From Octopus vulgaris (Eukaryota): a stretch of 64,000 nucleotides of DNA. How positions within the stretch are numbered: position 1 is the first letter of the stretch; every line of letters begins with the position of its first letter. Shown here piece by piece: positions 53,086 through 64,000 of the stretch. The translations under genes and the position numbers were made by a program. The stretch spans positions 108,624,001-108,688,000 of the forward strand of contig OX597821.1 of NCBI GenBank assembly GCA_951406725.2, given 5' to 3'. The notes under the pieces are model-generated. The model searched no databases. It had not been told where the DNA came from and was given only the letters and a program-made list of their open reading frames with translations.

Positions 53086-53959
53086 GGTATGTATGTATGT
53101 ATATATATATATATTCATATATATTGTACAACTGTATTTGTCTTTCTATTCTTTCATTCTTTATTTCCACCAGACCTTCGTTCATTTCACTCTTCGTTCT
53201 TTCGTTCCCTTTCTCTCACATTGCCTGGGCTTCTCTTCATGCTCACTTTCCCTCCTCTTTCACTTCACTGCGTCTTTCATTTTTTCTCGTCCCTCTTTAA
53301 TTCTTCTAGTCCTATGCCTCCACCTCTCTCTTTTCTCTCTCCATGTGGCCGGTGTTCGGCCAGGCCTGACCTTTCTTTCTTTGTTCGACTACCATACGTG
53401 CAACATCTATATTCCTCCCTGTTCCTGTCAAATGTTATGTCGTTTGCCGTAAGGCTTTACTTCCACACACGCCACCTTAATTTAATCTGTCCTTAGTCGA
53501 AAGACACCTGTTGTTATGTCCTGTTGACTGATTTTGTATTTGTGTAGCATTTGCTTTGGAAGCGATTTACTTGCTTTTTCTCGCGTACGAATTGCAAAAC
53601 AGTTCGTAGAGGCTCCCTTCTTTGATTGTTGCATACAAATACGAAGGTGATGGTGGTGGTGGTGATGGTAGTGGTGATGGTGGTGGTGGTGGTGGTGGTG
53701 GTGTTGATGGTGGTGGTGGTGGTGGTGATGGTGGTGGTGGTGGTGAAAACGCTAGTGGATCTCCGTATTTTGACGATGAAGATTCAGTTGTTTGATCTAT
53801 CAAATTATCTGCTCCTGAATCAACATATAAATAGCTGAATACGCAGCCATTTACACAGACACACTCACGGTTAGCCTAAATCTTTAGGCAGGATCGCCAC
53901 GACACAATGTGGGATAAGTTAAGTACACGTGTATCCTTCTCTATTTCCTTGCCCTCAAT

Positions 53960-54945
53960 GCTGGTTTCCAGTTTTCGCACTAAGTCGGAGGAAGGGTTCC
54001 ATCGATTCCGTCGACCCCAGTACTCAACTGGTCCGTATTTTATCAACCCGATATGACGAAAGGCAAAGTGAACCTCAGAACATAAAGCCGGACGAAATGC
54101 TGCTAAACATTTAACTCGGCGTGATTACGATACTACCAGCTCTCTGCTTAACAGTTAATTATATGATAATATATGATAATATTAGTTTCAAATTTTGCAA
54201 CAAGGCCAGCACTTCCGCACTGGTACGTATTTTATCAACTCTGAACGTAGCAGCAGACGAAATACCGTAAGCATTTCGTCCAGCGTGCTAACGTTTCTTT
54301 TTTCTTTATTGCCCACAAGGGGCTAAACATAGAGGGGGCGAACAAGGACAGACAAAGGGATTGAGTCGATTACATCGACCCCAGTGCGTAACTGGTACTT
54401 AATTTATCGACCCCGAAAGGATGAAAGGCAAAGTGGACCTCGGCGGAATTTGAACTCAGAACGTAACGGCAGACGAAATATCTATTTCTTTACTACCCAC
54501 AAGGAGCTAAACACAGAGAGGGCAAACAAGGACAGACAAACGGATTAAGTCGATTACATCGACCCCAGTGCGTAACTGGTACTTAATTAATCGACCCCGA
54601 AAGGATGAATGGCAAAGTGAACCTCGGCGGAATTTGAACTCAGAACGCAGCGGCAGACGAAATACCGTAAGCATTTCGCTCCAGCGTGCTTAACGTTTCT
54701 GCCAGCTCACCGCCTTTCCTGCCAGCTTGACGCATTCACCTTAGTTAATAATGACAATATTGGTTTCAAACTTTGGCACAAGGCCAGTAATTTCGTGGGG
54801 GTGGGAACTGGTCAATTACATCGACCCCAGTGTTTCACTGGTACTTAATTTATCGATCCCGAAAGGATAAAAGGTAAAGTTAACCTCGGTGACATGCCGC
54901 TAAGCATTTTGCTCGACTTCCTAACAATTTTATCACCTTGCCGTC
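53960..54945 (-). mobile_element. Nested Meta-type SINEs including a young dimer (54298-54715)
   Basis: The dimer is inserted in the head of an older copy at gctaacgtttc^tgccagc; further monomers lie on both sides. Confidence 0.88.
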
Positions 54946-55794
54946 TTGCTTGCTTGGAATATCAAAGATTCCTTTTACTATCAATGGAGACACAATTTAG
55001 ATGTATATATAGCTTTGTACCTATTACAAACCTTTGATCTGAACAAGAATAAACATTGGTTCTACCATATCCATGTTTTGTTTCCCGAGTACCATTGACA
55101 GAATTGCTCACGCATTGTAGATATTTGACTCCATGTAGCAATTGTTGTATAAATAGTTCCATTATCCAAAGTTCTTAAGTATTTCCATAACTATTCAATT
55201 GCCTCAAGTAATTCTAGAGTGTTGAATTTCTTTTGTGTTAGGGAAACTGTAATATCCACAAATTTCTCTAATTAGAGCTAATAAGATATCAAACACCAGC
55301 TAATAGAGAAAGCCTGTCGAAATATTTACCAGATGAGAGAGTGGTTCAACCGCTCTAAACTTCAAAACCAACAAAAGCTAACATTTAAAGGGAAGTTTTA
55401 AATACAAGTTAATTAGTGCAAATACACTTACAATTAAAAATATAGTGCGGTCAGTGAAAGTGCTAGAAAGAGTAGCTGAATTTTTGCAAGCTACATCTTG
55501 TATCTTTCTGTCCTTTACTTGTTTCAGTCACTGGGCTGCGGCCATGATGGGGAACTGCTTTGAAGGGTTTAGTGAAGCAAATCGACCTCTGTGCTTATGT
55601 CTTATGCTTCCGGTTTTTTTTTTTTTTTAGAATGGCACTCATTCGAAACCAATACGAAAGCTGAGCCTGGGAGGCGATTGAAATGTTGTCGGAGAAGCTC
55701 TTGGTTTTCGTCTGGCGTTGGCCGTCCTTATATATGTATTGCGCAGTGTATGAAGATTCGTTGTTTAGAGGTTGGAGTATTCGGATCACTGGCG

Positions 55795-55868
55795 AAATGC
55801 TGACCCAGTTCAAAACGCTGACCCAGTTCAAAACGCTGGCCCGTTAATTCACGTTGACCCAGTTCAAT
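55795..55868. repeat. 18-bp tandem repeat
   Basis: gctgacccagttcaaaac twice plus two degenerate units. Confidence 0.8.
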
Positions 55869-55889
55869 TGACTAACAAAGATGAGTGCT

Positions 55890-56125
55890 ACCTATTTCTT
55901 TATTACCCACAAGGGGCTAAACACAGAGAGAACAAACATGGACAGACAGACGGATTAAGCCGATTATATCGACCTCAGTGCGTAACAGGTACTTAATTTA
56001 TCGACCCCGAAAGGATGAAAGGCAATGTGGGCCTCGGCAGATTTTGAACTCAGAACGTAACGGCAGACGAAATACGGTTACGCATTTCGCCCGTCGTGCT
56101 AACGTTTCTGCCAGCTCGCCGCCTT
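55890..56125 (-). mobile_element. Meta-type SINE monomer with Tx1-like tail
   Basis: Complete head, core and tail. Confidence 0.9.
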
Positions 56126-56873
56126 ATGTGTGCTACCACTAATTCAAAAGGGCCAGCCTTCTCACCTTCCGTGTCACGCTGAGTCTCACTGAAAACAACG
56201 TCATGGTTACGCTTGTCTGTGAAGTACTCAGCCACTTTCATGTTAACTTCACGAGCGGACTATTCTGTTGATCGGATAAACTGGAACCTACGTCGTCGTA
56301 ACCGACGAAGTATTATTTTTTTCTAGTGCCTTATCCTTTCTTTTTTTTTTTTTTGTTTTTCCGGTTGTGAATTTAGTAGTAGATAGCTAATCTTTGTACT
56401 AATCAACTTCCCTCACAATTAATTCACTCAACAGAGTTTTATAAACCTCGATTCGCAGCTGTTTGGTCAGTGACGTACTTCCTTCAAGACGTACTTTGAC
56501 CTCAGTCGCCAACCAGCTCTAAATCTTCTGGTAGTTGTTAGTCCTTCTGACTAATTCATCGACAGATAATAAGGTTGACGTCCTCTAACACTTCTTTCAT
56601 GGAGCCGTTGTTGTTGTAATTATTGTTGCTCCTACTACTTACGACGCTTGCTGTTGCCGTTGTATGTTAACCAAATGGTCGGTATTATCCGTGAATCACA
56701 ATCGCTTACAATCCTTCCAAGCTGGCATTTCCCATCGCCATTACAAACTCATTGACAGTTTAAATCCACTTCCTCTTTCATCGTTACTTCAATTATTTTC
56801 TTGTCACAGATTTTGTTTTTCTAAAATCTGTCTGTCTGTCTCTACCATACATTTTCTCATATTTGTAATATGT

Positions 56874-56914
<41 letters not shown>

Positions 56915-57022
56915 CAGTAATCGCTCCCTATATCGCAGGGGTGGGGGTTGGAACGTTACACCAGCGATAGTCGAGGGATTAGTGTATACAGGCTTCATAC
57001 ATATATATATATATATATATAT

Positions 57023-57071
<49 letters not shown>

Positions 57072-57901
57072 TATACACATATGTACGAGTTGGTGCGCCT
57101 TTGGTGTTTTTTGGTTGTCCGTCACTAGCGCTTGGCAACCGGTGCTCGTTTGCTTACCTCCCCGTAATTTAGAGGTCCAACAAAATGACAACGACAGAAT
57201 AAATAGTAGGCTTTCGATGGAACAAGTCCTACTAGTGGTTCGCTCGGCTAAAACCCCTTTCAGTCGGTGCCCCAAAATGACCGCCGTGACCCAATGTCAG
57301 AAACAAACGAAATATTCATGAAATACATCTCAATGAAGCCCATTTCGTCTCTTTATTATTTCATTTTACTTTCCTTCTTCCCTAAGCTTCTTATGTGTAA
57401 TTGAGGTAACTTTGGCTGCTATATCTAGCACACTGAATGAACGACTACGTCTCCCTTGCAGTGTGTGTGGGCGAAGGCTTTCTTTTTGTTTACAAGTGTG
57501 CGTTTAGGAAGTTTTGTTAATATATGTTTCACTGGCGGCAGATGCAACCATTTCCCTGTGTATGGTCCCTTTGTTTTCTGGTGGGGTTTGCTTGCGAATA
57601 TGGGATTGTGTGTCTGCGTATTAGTGTGTGTGCGTGTGTCTGTGCATATGTGTGTGTGTGTGTGTGTTCGAGTATGTGTGTGTTAGTGTGTGCGTTTGTG
57701 ATTGGTTCTCTGTTCTCTGTGTATATAAATGAACATCTCTGTTTATTTGTGTATGTCGCTTCAAATGCACAAACACACACACACACGTACACACATACAC
57801 ATACATATATTTCTACAGAGAGAGAGAAAGGAAGAGAGAAACATATATTTATGCATGTCTTTATGTGTGTATGAGAGTTTATTTAATATATATGTATATA
57901 C

Positions 57902-57947
<46 letters not shown>

Positions 57948-58081
57948 ATATATATCTACTAATCACATATATAAATACATATATATGTATACAAATATAT
58001 GTATATATATGAGTATATATATATGTACATATATGTGTATGCGTATATATATGTATATATATATATGTATGCATATATATG

Positions 58082-58182
<101 letters not shown>

Positions 58183-58314
58183 TATATATATGCCGGTATG
58201 TATGTTTTGGGGAGTGTGTTTGAGTGGGTGTTTACTAACGTGGCAGCTGGCTCGATATATTATTACTTAAGGTGTATCACATTTAACACACCGTCTTTTG
58301 TTAGAGTGGTTATC

Positions 58315-58357
<43 letters not shown>

Positions 58358-58414
58358 TTTAGAGAGATAGATAGATATGTGCATATATAATCATATATAT
58401 ACTCATATGTTCGC

Positions 58415-58458
<44 letters not shown>

Positions 58459-59189
58459 GTTTATATATAAACAACACACACACACAAGTATAAAGAAGTA
58501 TGTGTTAGTTCATGACAAGAATATTTGTAAGTGACTTCGGAAAATAGTTTCGCCATGAACGTGTTTGTGTGGGCGTTGTTGTTTGTCCCTTCTTAGGACT
58601 GTTCATTTAGAGAAAACACATGGTCAATGACTCGCCGCACGTGACCAACTCCTAAGTGTTTCAAACAACATGAACCAAGAGCACATGATTCAATATTGAA
58701 TGCTCCTGTGCTACGTGAGAATGAAATTTGTGGGAGACTTAACTGTTGTTTCTAGCACGTTTCCATTTCTGTATCACCTCGGTGAAGAATCGTTACTAAA
58801 TTTAGGATTCTTATTGTTCCAAACTAATTATGATTAATTAGGAAAATACGAACTTTGCAGGTTTTTCATGCCTGTGTTACTAAATGCAACGGCATTATCA
58901 GGTATGAGGGTTAACGACCAAAAGGGATCGTACGTCTTACCTGAACCGTAGGCTTCTTAGACCCGTTTACCGAATTCTAAGGTGCATATATTCCCCCGCC
59001 CCTCTAGACGGAAGTTACTCATTTACGTTATCTGAGTGGACGTGAAATGAGTTGAACGTGAAATGAAGTGATTCTTCGAGAATACAATGCATCGCATGTT
59101 CCAGGAATCGAAACCAAGATCTTACGACCATGATTGCAACACATTAACCACAAATCCAATACTTCTACAGACTTACGCACACACACACA

Positions 59190-59655
59190 TCTTTTATCTT
59201 TCACTGGTTTTAGCCAGAGCCTAAGGTCATGCTGGAGCACCGCCTTTCAGTGTATCTGAGTTCTTTTTCTGTACAGTTTCTGGTAATTCTAGCGAATTAA
59301 CTTCTTTCAGTTTCCGCCTGATAAATTCACTCACAAGACTCTCCTCGGCCTGGCATTACGGTGGAAGACACTTACCCAATGTGCCACGCCGTGAGACTGA
59401 ACCTGGAACCATGTGGTTGCGAAGCAAGCTTCTTACCACTCAGTCACGCCCGCGTGTATTCTTACTCTTTTACTTGTTTCAGTCATTTGACTGTTGGAGT
59501 ACCGCCTTTAGTCGAGCAAATCGACCCCAGGACTTATTGTTTGTAAGCCTAGTACATATTCTATCGATTTATTTTGCCAAACCACTAAGTTACGGAGACG
59601 TAATTACACCAGCATCGGTTGTGGGGGACAAACAGACACACAAACATATACACAC

Positions 59656-59740
<85 letters not shown>

Positions 59741-59903
59741 TACGACGGGCTTCTTTTTTAGCTTCCGTCTACTACGAAATCCACTCACAAATCTTTGGTT
59801 GGCCCGAGGCTTTAGTAGAAGACATTGCCCAATTTGTCACACAGTGGGACTGAACCCGGAACCATGTGGTTGGTAAACAAACTACTTACCATACAGCCAC
59901 TCC
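59190..59903 (-). mobile_element. Two tandem CORE SINE family A copies
   Basis: Older copy about 59190-59460; younger copy 59465-59903. Confidence 0.85.
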
Positions 59904-60344
59904 TTACGTTTGAATTTCCTAAGTATTTACATTTCTGTAAATAACGCCCCAAATTTCAAACGACCCTCCATGTATGTGTATGAGCAGATTCAAATAGAGC
60001 TGTTACCGAGATAAAGTTTCTTTTTATAAACCCGAAATAAAAATATAAGATCTAAGCGCTATGTCTCATGAGACATAACTTCAGCAACACATTTTGAATT
60101 ATCTCGAATGCAATGTTGACTTGAATCATTATAATGAATTTACATTTCTCATACTTATGGCAAATTCGTATCAAATCATAACACTGAAGCTAGACTTTTG
60201 GTTCTCTGTTGAAGCGCTTAACACTGGAAGCTGAATGGAATAAGCTTCGGTGCAAGTCTCTGTCTGAAAATCTATTAAAAGATACTTCGTGTTTGGCAGA
60301 AAGAAAATGGTACCTTCTTGTTGGTTAATATTGCAGTAGTGTAA

Positions 60345-60550
60345 GGCGGCGAACGGGCAGAAACGTTAGCACGCCGGACAAATTGCTTAACGGCGTTTCG
60401 TCCGTCCTTGCGTTCTGAGTTCAAATTACGCCGAGGTCGATTTACCTTTCACCATTTCGAGGTCGATAAACACAAATGAAAGTTGAATACTGCGATTGGA
60501 TTAATCGGCATATCCCCACCCATCAAATTGCTGGCCTTGAGCCAAAATTA
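60345..60550 (+). mobile_element. Meta-type SINE
   Basis: ggcggcgaacgggcagaaacgttagcac...gagttcaaattacgccgaggtcga; ends in (ATT)n. Confidence 0.85.
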
Positions 60551-60556
60551 TTATTA

Positions 60557-60651
<95 letters not shown>

Positions 60652-60664
60652 ATTATTATTATTT

Positions 60665-61242
60665 TTGTCATTGCCTTTGCACAGCTTCTAACGCTGGAGA
60701 GGTAATACAGTGTCAGCTGTTCACTACCAGTGAACTAAGGTAACACCTCTTATTTTTCAAGCACCTTCCGGAGTATTCGAGTGGTTCCAAGCAGTGCTGT
60801 TTTCTGCAAGTGCACCATCCTTATTGCAGCCTTTATTTGTTTCACGTACCTCTCGAGATTTTTGCTCACTGTTCCCAGGGCTCCGAGAATTATTGGTACT
60901 ACTACCACCTTTTTCATCGACCACAACTGATTTACCTCCCAAGCTAACCTGTCATACCTATCAACTTTTCTTTCTTCCTTGTCGCATACCTTGTCGTCAG
61001 CTGGGCACGCTATACCTATGATCCAGCATAGTTTGTTTTCTTTCTCAATTAAGACTATGTCTGGCTTCCTATTCTCCATCTTTTAGTTGCACTGAATCAT
61101 GAAATCCCATAGGATCTTTGCTTTTCTATTTTCGACGGTGCCTTCAGGTTTGTGCTCGTACCTATTTTTTTGCTCTGTCAAGTCCATACTTGTTGCAAAG
61201 AGTCAAATGGACAAGCCGGGCTATATTATGGTGTCTCTTATA
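60665..61242 (-). mobile_element. R4/Dong-clade LINE 3' fragment
   Basis: KILWDF...NRKPDIVL...KVDRYDRL...IILGALG...LQKTALLGTTRILRKVL; 3' end runs into (AAT/AAC)n. Confidence 0.9.
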
Positions 61243-61340
61243 TATGAGCCGAAACGTTGTGGTAACAACAAACAAGGCGAGGACTCCTACCCGTCCAATT
61301 TAAATAACGTAGATGATTCCTCATCTCTAAAATATAGAAT
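61243..61340 (+). mobile_element. 3' fragment of the tRNA/hammerhead family
   Basis: agccGAAACGTTgtg...attcctcatctctaaaatatagaa. Confidence 0.75.
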
Positions 61341-61384
61341 AACACGTTTTCAACTAAACGAAACGCCCCGTATATTGTTAGGAT

Positions 61385-61520
61385 AGAACTTAACAATCAA
61401 GCTCGTGGCTAGCATATTTTGGCCACATCAGCGACGATGGGGAGAGGGTTGTCGTGTTGAAGAAGATGGCACTATGTCGTCATACGTCTGGAAAGAGGCC
61501 AAATTTATTCAAATTTCAAA
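61385..61520 (+). mobile_element. Possible RTE LINE remnant
   Basis: Frame WLAYFGHIS. Confidence 0.35.
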
Positions 61521-62204
61521 AAGGATAAACAAAAGTTGTAAAGGAAGAATAGAGTTACAAAAACATCGTAGAATAACGAAACTAAAAAGAAATATTAAAC
61601 GGGTTAATTCAAATAACACTGGGATGAAATGAACGAATTTACTTGACAACGGAGTAGAAAATTTGCTAAAGAACCTACAGTTCTCATGTTACGAGAGAAA
61701 CTGTTTTAATCGATTCCGGGTTGGGCTGACCTCATCTGAGACACCAAAGAGAAGCAGGAACTATATATATGGGTGGATGAGGTGGTGGTGGGAATAGGGT
61801 TAATGACACTCCGTTTCTGTTACTGTAGGAAAGTTAAACACCATGAGTCACCTGCTGCTTAAACCATTATTTGCGCTCCTCCTGTTAAGTAAAGCAATCT
61901 GTTAACCTTTATCTTGTTGCAGACGTTGGACTGCGGCCATGTTGGAGCAACGCACTGAAAGGTTTTAGTTGAAAATAAAATCGACTCTTCAATGCTTGTG
62001 TTTGATTTTCTGTTTTTAATTTTTAATGTTTTTTTTTTGCTTGATGTTTGATAGTTTTGTGTTTATTATGTCGGTCGCTTTCCCTGAACTGCTACGTTAC
62101 ACGGTGATAAAATATAAAAATTTCCAGCATCCCCTGTTCTAAAGCGGTGATGGTGGTGACGGTATCGAACACAATAACAGGCATATAGTCTGGAACCTGA
62201 TCAT

Positions 62205-62792
62205 GATGACAGCGACGACGATGGAGGAGGAGGAGGAAGAAGAGTAGGAGAAGGTAGACGTGGAGGAGAAGGATGCTGATGATCATGGTGGTGGTAAGGA
62301 TGATTATGGTGCTGCTGCTGCTGCTGATGATGATGATGAGGAGGAGGAGGAGGAGGAAGAGGGGAATGTAGAAAGCTACAACATTACCGACGACGATGAC
62401 GGCAGTGATGACGATAAGGACAACGATGTCAAATGCAGGAAACAAACAAAAACACAAAAGTAATACGAAAGTGACATCGACAGCAATAACAACATCAACG
62501 CCATGATACAAAATAAAGAACAACAACAACGTCATAGTCATCGTCATCATCATCGTCGTCATCATCGTCATCATCATCGTCATCATCATCGTCATCATCA
62601 TCATCATCATCAACACCACCATAATCATCATTAACACCATCATCGTCTTCATCATCATCATCATCAACACCACCATCATTATCATTATCAACACCATCAT
62701 CGTCTTCATCATCAACATCACCATTGGCATCATCACCACCACCACCACCACCACCAACGACAACAACAACAACAACAACAACAACAACATAA
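62205..62792. repeat. Degenerate (GAT/GAG)n and (CAT/CAC/CAA)n arrays
   Basis: Direct inspection. Confidence 0.9.
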
Positions 62793-62855
62793 TGATCTCA
62801 GTGACAAGGCAAGCACAGAAAAGGAACACAGGGAAAATTCCACACACACACACAA

Positions 62856-62897
<42 letters not shown>

Positions 62898-62926
62898 GTA
62901 TGTATGTATGTATATATATATATGTA

Positions 62927-62978
<52 letters not shown>

Positions 62979-62999
62979 CATATTTATATATATATATGC

Positions 63000-63090
<91 letters not shown>

Positions 63091-63466
63091 GTAAGAAGAA
63101 AAAAACCTCCAGGAAGTGTAACAGGTCTAGTAATTAGCAGACTTAATTGAGGAAGGTGACAGAAGGAGAAAAAAAAAAAAAAAAGCCCGAACAGACATTG
63201 AGAGAGAAGATTTATGCAACACACTTCTTGTGTCAGGTGGTTTTAATTATGAAAATCCAATTAAACATCAAAAACCAAAGCACACAAACTTATATACAAC
63301 ATACACACACACACATTAAAACATAGACATACATACGCACATACACGCATGCATGGGCACACACGTATACGCGTCGGCATTGCACAAACATACAAACTTG
63401 TACACAAACAAATACAAATGTATATACATTATACATACACACACACACATATAAATATCTACATGT

Positions 63467-63567
<101 letters not shown>

Positions 63568-63848
63568 TGTATGTATACACATACGCATGTGTATATGTGT
63601 GCACGCATGTGCGTGTGCGTGTGAGTTTGCGTGTATGTGTGTGCCTGTGTCTCTACTTTCAAAGCTTGTTTTGGGGTTTTAGAAGTGTGTATATGTATGT
63701 ATGTATATATATATGTACGTATATATATATATATGTATATATATATATGTATATATTTATATATATTTATATATATATATATATATATAGGTATATATAT
63801 ATATATATACCTATATAAATATGCATGCGTTTCTATATGTGCAAATAT

Positions 63849-63885
<37 letters not shown>

Positions 63886-64000
63886 AAATAACATAAACAT
63901 AGGCATACATAAACATACTTATACATAAATGTATACATACACGCATAAACATACATGCATATACATACATACATGCACACACACACACACTTATATATAC

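Noticed and set aside
60215-60310. Short open frame RLTLEAEWNKLRCKSLSENLLKDTSCLAERKW
   Set aside because: Weak splice sites, no homology, and a length expected by chance.
62092-62931. 279-aa ORF
   Set aside because: Triplet and dinucleotide repeat translation with no domain.

Overview
AT-rich eukaryotic non-coding DNA (intronic or intergenic), saturated with microsatellites ((TA)n, (CA)n, (TATG)n, (GATA)n, (TAA)n, (GAT)n, (GTA)n) and transposon relics. The style and the SINE families suggest an octopod cephalopod such as Octopus (inference, no search run). No host gene can be called with confidence, and almost all ORF-track entries are translated microsatellites. Recognisable elements: R4/Dong-type LINE 3' fragments beside (TAA)n, Tx1/L1-clade fragments in (GATA)n, CR1- and RTE-type remnants, four Tc1/mariner relics, Penelope-like (GIY-YIG) fragments, and many copies of a CORE-type and a Meta-type tRNA-derived SINE. 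The main signal the ORF track misses is roughly 20 intact, half or decayed minimal type-I hammerhead ribozyme motifs from several families, mostly in short fold-back elements with Penelope-like architecture. One family joins a tRNA-derived Pol III promoter to a hammerhead and shows target-site duplications. Two SINE/LINE shared-tail pairs (Meta SINE with Tx1; CORE SINE with CR1) and a dense AP-1/ARE motif cluster are also visible. Coordinates were read by eye; element ends are approximate.
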